DNA from: Bacillus subtilis subsp. subtilis str. 168
GTDB taxonomy: Bacteria > Bacillota > Bacilli > Bacillales > Bacillaceae
Direction of reading: 5' to 3'
DNA length: 32,000 nucleotides
Assembly (NCBI RefSeq): GCF_000009045.1
Contig: NC_000964.3
Coordinates: 3,930,001-3,962,000, forward strand
Shown: piece by piece, positions 9,869 to 18,554 of the stretch
Layout: the number at the start of each line of letters is the position of its first letter
How positions within the stretch are numbered: the first letter of the stretch is position 1
Notes under the pieces: model-generated
Told to the model about the DNA's origin: nothing
The model's database searches: none
The model's input: the letters and a program-made list of their open reading frames with translations, nothing else
Translations under genes and position numbers: made by a program

Positions 9869-11806
9869 ATGAAAAACATGTCTTGCAAACTTGTTGTATC
9901 AGTCACTCTGTTTTTCAGTTTTCTCACCATAGGCCCTCTCGCTCATGCGCAAAACAGCAGCGAGAAAGAGGTTATTGTGGTTTATAAAAACAAGGCCGGA
10001 AAGGAAACCATCCTGGACAGTGATGCTGATGTTGAACAGCAGTATAAGCATCTTCCCGCGGTAGCGGTCACAGCAGACCAGGAGACAGTAAAAGAATTAA
10101 AGCAGGATCCTGATATTTTGTATGTAGAAAACAACGTATCATTTACCGCAGCAGACAGCACGGATTTCAAAGTGCTGTCAGACGGCACTGACACCTCTGA
10201 CAACTTTGAGCAATGGAACCTTGAGCCCATTCAGGTGAAACAGGCTTGGAAGGCAGGACTGACAGGAAAAAATATCAAAATTGCCGTCATTGACAGCGGG
10301 ATCTCCCCCCACGATGACCTGTCGATTGCCGGCGGGTATTCAGCTGTCAGTTATACCTCTTCTTACAAAGATGATAACGGCCACGGAACACATGTCGCAG
10401 GGATTATCGGAGCCAAGCATAACGGCTACGGAATTGACGGCATCGCACCGGAAGCACAAATATACGCGGTTAAAGCGCTTGATCAGAACGGCTCGGGGGA
10501 TCTTCAAAGTCTTCTCCAAGGAATTGACTGGTCGATCGCAAACAGGATGGACATCGTCAATATGAGCCTTGGCACGACGTCAGACAGCAAAATCCTTCAT
10601 GACGCCGTGAACAAAGCATATGAACAAGGTGTTCTGCTTGTTGCCGCAAGCGGTAACGACGGAAACGGCAAGCCAGTGAATTATCCGGCGGCATACAGCA
10701 GTGTCGTTGCGGTTTCAGCAACAAACGAAAAGAATCAGCTTGCCTCCTTTTCAACAACTGGAGATGAAGTTGAATTTTCAGCACCGGGGACAAACATCAC
10801 AAGCACTTACTTAAACCAGTATTATGCAACGGGAAGCGGAACATCCCAAGCGACACCGCACGCCGCTGCCATGTTTGCCTTGTTAAAACAGCGTGATCCT
10901 GCCGAGACAAACGTCCAGCTTCGCGAGGAAATGCGGAAAAACATCGTTGATCTTGGTACCGCAGGCCGCGATCAGCAATTTGGCTACGGCTTAATCCAGT
11001 ATAAAGCACAGGCAACAGATTCAGCGTACGCGGCAGCAGAGCAAGCGGTGAAAAAAGCGGAACAAACAAAAGCACAAATCGATATCAACAAAGCGCGAGA
11101 ACTCATCAGCCAGCTGCCGAACTCCGACGCCAAAACTGCCCTGCACAAAAGACTGGATAAAGTACAGTCATACAGAAATGTAAAAGATGCGAAAGACAAA
11201 GTCGCAAAGGCAGAAAAATATAAAACACAGCAAACCGTTGACACAGCACAAACTGCCATCAACAAGCTGCCAAACGGAACAGACAAAAAGAACCTTCAAA
11301 AACGCTTAGACCAAGTAAAACGATACATCGCGTCAAAGCAAGCGAAAGACAAAGTTGCGAAAGCGGAAAAAAGCAAAAAGAAAACAGATGTGGACAGCGC
11401 ACAATCAGCAATTGGCAAGCTGCCTGCAAGTTCAGAAAAAACGTCCCTGCAGAAACGCCTTAACAAAGTGAAGAGCACCAATTTGAAGACGGCACAGCAA
11501 TCCGTATCTGCGGCTGAAAAGAAATCAACTGATGCAAATGCGGCAAAAGCACAATCAGCCGTCAATCAGCTTCAAGCAGGCAAGGACAAAACGGCATTGC
11601 AAAAACGGTTAGACAAAGTGAAGAAAAAGGTGGCGGCGGCTGAAGCAAAAAAAGTGGAAACTGCAAAGGCAAAAGTGAAGAAAGCGGAAAAAGACAAAAC
11701 AAAGAAATCAAAGACATCCGCTCAGTCTGCAGTGAATCAATTAAAAGCATCCAATGAAAAAACAAAGCTGCAAAAACGGCTGAACGCCGTCAAACCGAAA
11801 AAGTAA
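9869..11806 (+). CDS. epr: Minor extracellular serine protease Epr (subtilase)
   Basis: 645 aa; signal peptide, subtilase triad contexts (IAVIDSGI, GHGTHVAGI, GTSQATPHAAA), lysine-rich repeated C-terminus. Confidence 0.97.
   Translation: MKNMSCKLVVSVTLFFSFLTIGPLAHAQNSSEKEVIVVYKNKAGKETILDSDADVEQQYKHLPAVAVTADQETVKELKQDPDILYVENNVSFTAADSTDFKVLSDGTDTSDNFEQWNLEPIQVKQAWKAGLTGKNIKIAVIDSGISPHDDLSIAGGYSAVSYTSSYKDDNGHGTHVAGIIGAKHNGYGIDGIAPEAQIYAVKALDQNGSGDLQSLLQGIDWSIANRMDIVNMSLGTTSDSKILHDAVNKAYEQGVLLVAASGNDGNGKPVNYPAAYSSVVAVSATNEKNQLASFSTTGDEVEFSAPGTNITSTYLNQYYATGSGTSQATPHAAAMFALLKQRDPAETNVQLREEMRKNIVDLGTAGRDQQFGYGLIQYKAQATDSAYAAAEQAVKKAEQTKAQIDINKARELISQLPNSDAKTALHKRLDKVQSYRNVKDAKDKVAKAEKYKTQQTVDTAQTAINKLPNGTDKKNLQKRLDQVKRYIASKQAKDKVAKAEKSKKKTDVDSAQSAIGKLPASSEKTSLQKRLNKVKSTNLKTAQQSVSAAEKKSTDANAAKAQSAVNQLQAGKDKTALQKRLDKVKKKVAAAEAKKVETAKAKVKKAEKDKTKKSKTSAQSAVNQLKASNEKTKLQKRLNAVKPKK
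11080..11803 (+). repeat. Five degenerate coding repeats in the Epr C-terminus
   Basis: ARELISQLPNSDAKTALHKRLDKV / AQTAINKLPNGTDKKNLQKRLDQV / AQSAIGKLPASSEKTSLQKRLNKV / AQSAVNQLQAGKDKTALQKRLDKV / AQSAVNQLKASNEKTKLQKRLNAV, with K/A-rich linkers. Confidence 0.85.
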
Positions 11807-11809
11807 CCA

Positions 11810-11851
11810 AAAACCTTTAAGATTTGCATTCCAAGTCTTAAAGGTTTTTTT
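11810..11851 (+). terminator. Terminator after epr
   Basis: AAAACCTTTAAGATTTG...AAGTCTTAAAGGTTTTTTT. Confidence 0.85.
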
Positions 11852-11970
11852 CATTCTAAGAACACCACACACAACCTTTTTCCCATCCATTGTACAGGCT
11901 TTTCATACTATTGCTATACAGCCATGAACAGCATAAAATGAACGTTATTACAGTTATCACCACATATGGC

Positions 11971-12004
11971 GGGATTGTGACTGGGCAGGCAGGCAAGACC
12001 CAAT
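11971..12004 (+). promoter_or_regulatory. RAT-like ribonucleic antiterminator element in the sacX leader
   Basis: GGGATTGTGACTGGGCAGGCAGGCAAGACCCAAT resembles BglG/SacY-family RAT (GGATTGTNACTG...GCAGGCAAGACC). Confidence 0.8.
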
Positions 12005-12233
12005 GATGCAAAGGGAGTATTAATGCCTAAAAAACAGGGCATTTTAACTCTTCTTTTCGTGTTGGGCTCATAACGGCGCCTTGGACAACCCCCTATTCTC
12101 ATGCTCCGTCGTCGACGCGGGCATTTTTGTCATTTTCAGCCGGTATTTCTCACTTTTTTCATTTTGATTGTCAACTTTTCATTTGATACGATGAACAAGC
12201 CGACTTTTCTTCAGCAAAGGAGGTTTTAATTGC

Positions 12234-13613
12234 TTGCATAAAGAGATTGCAAAAGAATTACTGCTGCTCGCAGGAGGAAAAAACAATATTATCAGCATCA
12301 GCCATTGTACGACCCGTCTTCGTTTTGATGTAAAGGACGAGACGAAAATTGATATACATGCCATTGAGAACCTGCAAGGTGTGCAGGGCACCTTTTTCCG
12401 CTATGGGCTTTTCCAGATTATCTTCGGAGCAGGCGTCGTCAACAAAATATATAAAGAAGTCGTTCATGTATGGGAGACCGCGCCTTCTGAAGAGCCTGTC
12501 CACCAGAAAAAAGCCAGCCGGAAGCTGAACCCTGCCGCAGCTTTTGCGAAAACACTGTCCGATATTTTTGTGCCGATTATTCCGGCAATAACAGCAAGCG
12601 GCCTGCTCATGGGGCTGATCGGCATGATTAAGGTGTTTCATTGGTTCGCTGCCGGCAGCCCATGGATTAAAATGCTCGACCTCGTGTCCAGCACAGCCTT
12701 TATTTTACTGCCGATTTTAGTCGGCTTCAGTGCTGCACGGCAATTTGGCAGCAACCCATACCTAGGGGCAGTGATTGCAGGGCTTTTGACGCATCCTGAT
12801 CTGCTGGACCCGTCTATGCTCGGCAGCAAAACCCCGTCTTCTTTAGACATATGGGGGCTTCATATCCCAATGATGGGCTATCAGGGTTCCATGATACCGA
12901 TTCTTCTTTCCGTTTTTGTCATGAGCAAAATTGAGAAGCTATTAAAATCGATTGTGCCGAAGTCGCTTGATGTCGTGATCATTCCCTTTATTACGGTCAT
13001 GGTGACAGGGTGCCTCGCGCTGATTGTGATGAATCCCGCCGCGTCCATCATCGGCCAGATCATGACACAATCGATCGTCTATATTTATGATCACGCCGGC
13101 ATTGCTGCCGGAGCTCTTTTCGGCGGCATCTACTCCACCATCGTCCTATCTGGATTGCATCATAGCTTTTATGCAATTGAGGCAACGCTGCTTGCTAATC
13201 CGCATGTCGGTGTCAACTTTTTAGTGCCGATATGGTCGATGGCGAATGTGGCCCAAGGCGGAGCGGGGCTTGCGGTATTCCTCAAAACGAAACAATCAAG
13301 CCTGAAGAAAATTGCGCTCCCCGCTTCTCTGACCGCGTTTTTAGGCATTGTTGAGCCGATTGTATTCGGGGTAAATCTCAAATTGATCCGTCCCTTTATC
13401 GGAGCAGCCATCGGCGGTGCTATTGGCGGAGCATACGTGGTTGCGGTACAAGTTGTGGCAAATTCCTACGGACTGACAGGCATTCCGATGATTTCAATCG
13501 TGCTGCCGTTTGGCGCCGCTAATTTTGTTCATTATATGATCGGTTTCTTGATCGCAGCCGTCTCTGCTTTTATAGCTACATTGTTTCTCGGGTTTAAAGA
13601 AGAGACAGAATAA
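12234..13613 (+). CDS. sacX: SacX, PTS sucrose EIIBC-like sensor/negative regulator of SacY
   Basis: 459 aa; EIIB ISISHCTTRLRFDVKDE, EIIC domain; TTG start preceded by AAAGGAGG. Confidence 0.95.
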   Translation: MHKEIAKELLLLAGGKNNIISISHCTTRLRFDVKDETKIDIHAIENLQGVQGTFFRYGLFQIIFGAGVVNKIYKEVVHVWETAPSEEPVHQKKASRKLNPAAAFAKTLSDIFVPIIPAITASGLLMGLIGMIKVFHWFAAGSPWIKMLDLVSSTAFILLPILVGFSAARQFGSNPYLGAVIAGLLTHPDLLDPSMLGSKTPSSLDIWGLHIPMMGYQGSMIPILLSVFVMSKIEKLLKSIVPKSLDVVIIPFITVMVTGCLALIVMNPAASIIGQIMTQSIVYIYDHAGIAAGALFGGIYSTIVLSGLHHSFYAIEATLLANPHVGVNFLVPIWSMANVAQGGAGLAVFLKTKQSSLKKIALPASLTAFLGIVEPIVFGVNLKLIRPFIGAAIGGAIGGAYVVAVQVVANSYGLTGIPMISIVLPFGAANFVHYMIGFLIAAVSAFIATLFLGFKEETE

Positions 13614-13666
13614 CTGGATTTATTCGATTTCATTCATAAAACGGGGGATGAAAGGACAAAAAAGCT

Positions 13667-14509
13667 ATGAAAATTAAAAGAATCTTAAATCATAATGCTA
13701 TCGTCGTAAAGGATCAAAATGAAGAGAAGATTCTCTTGGGTGCAGGAATTGCGTTTAACAAAAAGAAGAATGATATTGTCGATCCGTCAAAAATAGAAAA
13801 AACCTTTATCAGAAAAGATACACCTGACTATAAGCAGTTCGAAGAGATTTTAGAAACATTGCCTGAAGACCACATTCAGATTTCTGAGCAAATTATCTCT
13901 CATGCCGAAAAAGAGCTGAACATCAAAATCAACGAGCGCATTCATGTCGCTTTTTCAGACCATCTTTCTTTTGCAATTGAACGCCTGAGCAATGGGATGG
14001 TTATCAAAAATCCGCTGCTGAATGAAATCAAAGTCCTTTATCCAAAGGAGTTCCAGATCGGCTTATGGGCCAGAGCACTGATTAAAGATAAACTGGGGAT
14101 TCACATTCCTGATGATGAAATCGGCAATATCGCCATGCATATCCACACAGCAAGAAACAATGCCGGCGATATGACACAAACGCTTGATATTACAACAATG
14201 ATCCGTGATATTATCGAGATTATCGAAATTCAACTGTCTATTAATATCGTTGAAGATACCATCTCTTATGAAAGGCTCGTGACCCATCTCCGCTTTGCCA
14301 TTCAGCATATCAAAGCAGGCGAATCCATTTACGAGCTGGACGCAGAAATGATTGACATCATTAAAGAGAAGTTTAAGGATGCCTTCCTGTGTGCCCTAAG
14401 CATCGGCACCTTTGTGAAGAAGGAATACGGCTTTGAGTTTCCTGAAAAAGAATTGTGCTACATCGCCATGCATATTCAGCGGTTCTACCAACGGTCAGTC
14501 GCACGCTGA
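13667..14509 (+). CDS. sacY: SacY transcriptional antiterminator (BglG family)
   Basis: 280 aa; N-terminal co-antiterminator RNA-binding domain [36 protein letters not shown] and two PRD domains. Confidence 0.95.
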
Positions 14510-14516
14510 GACAAAC

Positions 14517-14552
14517 AAAAAACGCTTTTGATCATCTCAAAAGCGTTTTTTT
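14517..14552. terminator. Terminator between convergent sacY and gspA
   Basis: AAAAACGCTTTTGA-tcatc-TCAAAAGCGTTTTTTT. Confidence 0.85.
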
Positions 14553-14559
14553 ATCTGAT

Positions 14560-15420
14560 TTATTGGTTGATCGCCGGATTCCCAATCGTATTCCACTTCG
14601 TATAGGACATGTAATGGAAATACTCATCGCGATACGGATGTTTTGTATTGGAGTTCCAAGGCTTTTCTCCGCCGCAGAAGTGCACGATTGCCGGGTTTTC
14701 TCTTGTTTCATTATATTGCTTCCGCCCTAACAGAGTCGATGGGGTTTTCAGCTTTAACATGATATAGGTTTGAGCGTTCCAGCGCGGATGAAGTTCATAC
14801 CACTGATCATACAAGATCGCATTCAGTGCATCTTGGTCATGCAGCACAAGAAAGTCTTCGTCTGGGTGTTCATTGATAAAGTTGATGACTTTTTCTGTGA
14901 TGTTTTGCTTTCTCCAAGACTCAAAATCAATAATCATGATACCTGAGTTAAAATACTTCCCTGTATCAGTGACGTTCATTTCTTTCAGGCGTTCATGCTG
15001 CCCCGCATCCTCAACAGCGGCTACGGTGTATGGCGCAATGTCTAAGTCCCATAGCTTAGAAATATCCTCTAGGACAAGCGCATCACAATCGATGTAAATC
15101 ATTCGTTTGATGCTTTCATCCTTAATTAAGTCGGGAATCGAAATGCGGTAATACGCGGCTTTTGTAATATGGCTGCTCTCAACCGCATGTTCATACATGT
15201 TGGTATCCACTTCTAAAAACTCAATCGGCACTCCGAATTTCAAAGTGGTTTCTTCCAGTCTTTTTTTGTTATCAGGCTTAATTCCGCCATCAATGACGTA
15301 TAATTTTACCTCTCTCTCCTGATCCATGTTAGTCAATAAAGAAACGAACATCCCACCTAAATGACGAGCATAATTATCATCTGCGCATGATACGATATGC
15401 ATGATTTCATCTTTCCTCAA
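14560..15420 (-). CDS. gspA: General stress protein A, glycosyltransferase family 8
   Basis: 286 aa; MIYIDCDALVLEDISKLW (DxD), FNSGIMIIDFESWR, HDQDALNAI. TTG start; in-frame ATG alternative at 15402. Confidence 0.93.
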   Translation of the reverse strand: MRKDEIMHIVSCADDNYARHLGGMFVSLLTNMDQEREVKLYVIDGGIKPDNKKRLEETTLKFGVPIEFLEVDTNMYEHAVESSHITKAAYYRISIPDLIKDESIKRMIYIDCDALVLEDISKLWDLDIAPYTVAAVEDAGQHERLKEMNVTDTGKYFNSGIMIIDFESWRKQNITEKVINFINEHPDEDFLVLHDQDALNAILYDQWYELHPRWNAQTYIMLKLKTPSTLLGRKQYNETRENPAIVHFCGGEKPWNSNTKHPYRDEYFHYMSYTKWNTIGNPAINQ

Positions 15421-15454
15421 TGGTATTCATCTCCCTTTTTGTTGTACAAGTTAC

Positions 15455-15478
15455 ATACCCTTTTTCAAAAAAATAAAC
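15455..15478 (-). promoter_or_regulatory. SigB promoter of gspA
   Basis: Minus strand GTTTAT-N12-GGGTAT, near-consensus SigB; gspA is an established SigB regulon member. Confidence 0.75.
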
Positions 15479-15529
15479 ACGTTCTCCGACATTTTTTTAA
15501 ACAGAATGTGTGATACAACAAAAAAGGTG

Positions 15530-16243
15530 TCATTTTTTGAAGATGCGATAAAGCCAATAAAGAATGAAAAAGCTTGCGATTGTGATGGCTTCAGCCGAGA
15601 CGATATACCACGGCCATGGCCCGAGAACATCTAAGAGAGAGGAACCGCCCGGTTTTTTCGTCAAATACATATAATTCGCGCCAAGCCAGCGATCAATCAG
15701 AAAAATACAGACGCCGTACACATTAACAAGCAGGACTGTCACCCATAACGAGCGCTGGCCCATTCTGTAGGTGCCAATCACAGCCATCAGCAGACAGGAT
15801 AAAAACACAGACCCGTGAGAAATAAAAAAGAGGATATATCGGATATGCGGAAATGAAAACATACCGAGGTCAGGAGTGGCAAGAGCCTGAATCGAACTGC
15901 CGATGCCGACAAAAAACAAAAACACAAACAGCTTTCTGCTTTTTGTCACTAACATAATAGCTGACAAATACACCGACAGGTCACTAAGCTGGAGAGGCAA
16001 TGAAGTGCGCACCGACCACCTGTCCGTGGCGACCATCCATATTTGATAGCCGATTTGCGAACCAAGCAAAAGAAACACAAACAGAGAACGCAAAAACCGG
16101 CTGGCCCTCGGCTGCTTGACCTCATCTTGGAACAAAAACAACAGAATGGCCAAAAGGGAGATAATCGCTAACGTCACTACATGCTCTGTCGAAAACAGAT
16201 GAAACGGATCATGCTTATAGTCGGATTGAACATATTTTTGCAA
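15530..16243 (-). CDS. ywaF: Integral membrane protein, YwaF/TMEM164-like family, unknown function
   Basis: 237 aa with about six hydrophobic segments; [28 protein letters not shown]. Confidence 0.88.
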
Positions 16244-16318
16244 AACTGCACCCCCGTTTTCGGGTTTTTGTTTATTTTGGCGTTGTTTGGGCTTTTTTTA
16301 TTCAACCGATATATGGGC

Positions 16319-16347
16319 TTGAAGTTCACACCAGACTCTGTTAAAAT
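16319..16347 (+). promoter_or_regulatory. Candidate SigA promoter for ywaE
   Basis: TTGAAG-N17-TAAAAT, 46 nt before the ywaE start. Confidence 0.5.
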
Positions 16348-16393
16348 TCGTTTCATAGCTAATGATTCTGATAATTTAAGGCAGGCCTAAAAA

Positions 16394-16909
16394 ATGGAAC
16401 GTTCACATCAACATCAGCAGCTTCGGAAGGAAGAACACGATACACTTTCTAAGCTCAAACAAATGCCCGTCGAGTCACTCAACCTGGAAGCCATTTCGAT
16501 CGCTACGAATCTGTATCGGTCTGCACAAAGGCTCCGTGTCAAAATGGAGACTGAGGTTCTTTCTACCTATAACCTTTCTTGGACCGCTTTCTCCATTCTT
16601 TATGATCTATGGGTATGGGGAGCGCTCGAAACGAGAAAAATCGCTGAGCTGTCAGGGATATCTACAGCTACAGCAAGCAACGTGATCAAAACGCTCGAAA
16701 AAAAGAGTTTTTGCCGTAAAAGCATCGACACAAGAGATCGGCGACTCGTGTTTGTCTCAATCACCGATTCCGGCAAACAAGCGATCGAAGAACTCTACCC
16801 GGAGTTTCACAAAGGGGAAACAGAGCTCATTGCGGGAATGACGAAGGACGAACAGAAAATATTGACAGGGCTGCTTAGAAAGGTAGCTGACAATCTTCAT
16901 ACAACATAA
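16394..16909 (+). CDS. ywaE: MarR-family transcriptional regulator
   Basis: 171 aa; winged-helix motif ETRKIAELSGISTATASNVIKTLEKKSFCRKSIDTRDRRLVFVSITDSG. Confidence 0.9.
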   Translation: MERSHQHQQLRKEEHDTLSKLKQMPVESLNLEAISIATNLYRSAQRLRVKMETEVLSTYNLSWTAFSILYDLWVWGALETRKIAELSGISTATASNVIKTLEKKSFCRKSIDTRDRRLVFVSITDSGKQAIEELYPEFHKGETELIAGMTKDEQKILTGLLRKVADNLHTT

Positions 16910-16918
16910 GCTTTGACG

Positions 16919-17134
16919 GGAATCCAGTAGCGGTTTGTCTCCCTGTTTCAGAGAGCCGGCGGTAGGTGCGAGCCGGCGCACAGGCAAACGTGAATTACCT
17001 CCCCAAGCTTTCTTTGTGAACCTTAGTAGCAAAGAACGGGAAACCGTTATTCGAATGAGCGGAAGACAATGTCTTCAACCAGGGTGGTACCGCGTGCATT
17101 GAGCCACGTCCCTTATTGGGATGGGCTCTTTTTT
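16919..17134 (+). promoter_or_regulatory. T-box riboswitch leader of tyrZ, probable UAC (Tyr) specifier at 16996-16998
   Basis: T-box AGGGTGGTACCGCG at 17081-17094; terminator hairpin GAGCCACGTCCC-ttatt-GGGATGGGCTCTTTTTT at 17101-17134; upstream stem I region. The 5' boundary is approximate. Confidence 0.93.
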
Positions 17135-17157
17135 GTGTTTGTAAAAAAGGAGGAAAA

Positions 17158-18399
17158 ATGATGAGAACATTTGAGCAGCTCACAGCGTCACAACAAAAAG
17201 AGGTAGAAAGACAGCTTCAGCTATACATGACAGGCGCCCACGAAGTCATACCGCCGGAGGAATTAAAGGCAAAGCTCGTGAAATCAATTTCCACGGGCAC
17301 GCCGCTTAAAATTAAGCTCGGATTAGATCCGTCTGCACCGGATGTACATTTGGGCCATACGGTTGTGTTAAATAAGCTTCGCCAATTTCAAGAAAACGGC
17401 CACATTGTCCAGCTGTTAATTGGGGATTTCACAGGAAAAATTGGTGATCCGACCGGAAAATCGGCAGCCAGAAAGCAACTGACTGATGAAGAAGTTCAGC
17501 ACAATGCCAAAACCTACTTTGAGCAATTCGGAAAAGTGCTTGATCCAGAAAAAGTCGAGCTTCACTATAACTCAAAATGGCTGAAAACATTGAATCTAGA
17601 AGATGTCATTGAATTAGCAGGGAAAATAACGGTAGCCCGCCTGATGGAGCGCGACGACTTTGAAGAACGCATCGCCATGCAAAAACCAATCTCACTGCAT
17701 GAATTCTTTTACCCATTGATGCAGGGCTATGATTCTGTCGTTCTCGAAAGTGATATTGAATTAGGCGGAACGGATCAGCATTTCAATGTCCTCATGGGAC
17801 GGCATTTCCAAGAACGATACAACAAAGAAAAACAAGTCGTCATCCTTATGCCGCTCTTGGAAGGCTTGGATGGCGTCGAGAAAATGTCGAAGTCGAAACA
17901 CAACTACATTGGCATTAACGAACATCCAAACGACATGTACGGAAAAACGATGTCACTGCCCGACAGCCTGATGAAAAAGTACATCCACTTGGCGACAGAC
18001 TTAGAGCTTGAAGAGAAAAAACAGCTCGTAAAAGACTTAGAAACCGGCGCCGTTCATCCGCGTGATGCCAAAATGCTTTTAGCCAGAACAATCGTCCGAA
18101 TGTATCACGGAGAGAAAGCAGCAGAAGCTGCCGAACACTCGTTTAAAACAGTCTTTCAGGAAAACAGCCTGCCGGAAGATATACCGGCCGTAAACTGGAA
18201 AGGCGAAAAAACGATAGCGATGATTGATCTGCTCGTCAAGCTAAAGCTCCTCTCTTCGAAGAGCGAGGCGCGCCGCATGATTCAAAACGGAGGTGTACGC
18301 ATCGACGGAGAGAAAGTAACAGATGTTCACGCCAAAGCAGAGATAAGAGAGAATATGATCATCCAAGTCGGCAAACGCAAGTTTTTAAAGCTCCAATAA
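17158..18399 (+). CDS. tyrZ: Tyrosyl-tRNA synthetase TyrZ
   Basis: 413 aa from ATG 17158 (RBS GGAGG); HLGH motif (DVHLGHTVV), KMSKS, C-terminal S4 domain. Confidence 0.95.
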   Translation: MMRTFEQLTASQQKEVERQLQLYMTGAHEVIPPEELKAKLVKSISTGTPLKIKLGLDPSAPDVHLGHTVVLNKLRQFQENGHIVQLLIGDFTGKIGDPTGKSAARKQLTDEEVQHNAKTYFEQFGKVLDPEKVELHYNSKWLKTLNLEDVIELAGKITVARLMERDDFEERIAMQKPISLHEFFYPLMQGYDSVVLESDIELGGTDQHFNVLMGRHFQERYNKEKQVVILMPLLEGLDGVEKMSKSKHNYIGINEHPNDMYGKTMSLPDSLMKKYIHLATDLELEEKKQLVKDLETGAVHPRDAKMLLARTIVRMYHGEKAAEAAEHSFKTVFQENSLPEDIPAVNWKGEKTIAMIDLLVKLKLLSSKSEARRMIQNGGVRIDGEKVTDVHAKAEIRENMIIQVGKRKFLKLQ

Positions 18400-18411
18400 T
18401 CTGATATTCCG

Positions 18412-18447
18412 AAACGCTTATGACCCTTCATTCATAAGCGTTTTTTT
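18412..18447 (+). terminator. Terminator after tyrZ
   Basis: AAACGCTTATGA...TCATAAGCGTTTTTTT. Confidence 0.85.
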
Positions 18448-18554
18448 GCAGGTATAAAGCACTGTCTTTTCAAAAACGCTCTCCATCTTGCAGGAAACTC
18501 CTTTAGCATCCCGAAATATTCCCCAACCATACATTTAGGGGAGGTTTATTTTTG

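Noticed and set aside
11080-11803. Repeats considered as a CRISPR or tandem noncoding array
   Set aside because: They are degenerate amino-acid repeats within epr, without identical direct repeats or unique spacers.
12638-13411. Several antisense ORFs opposite sacX (12638..12850, 12881..13063, 13169..13411)
   Set aside because: Short, no RBS or motif, within a strong coding frame.
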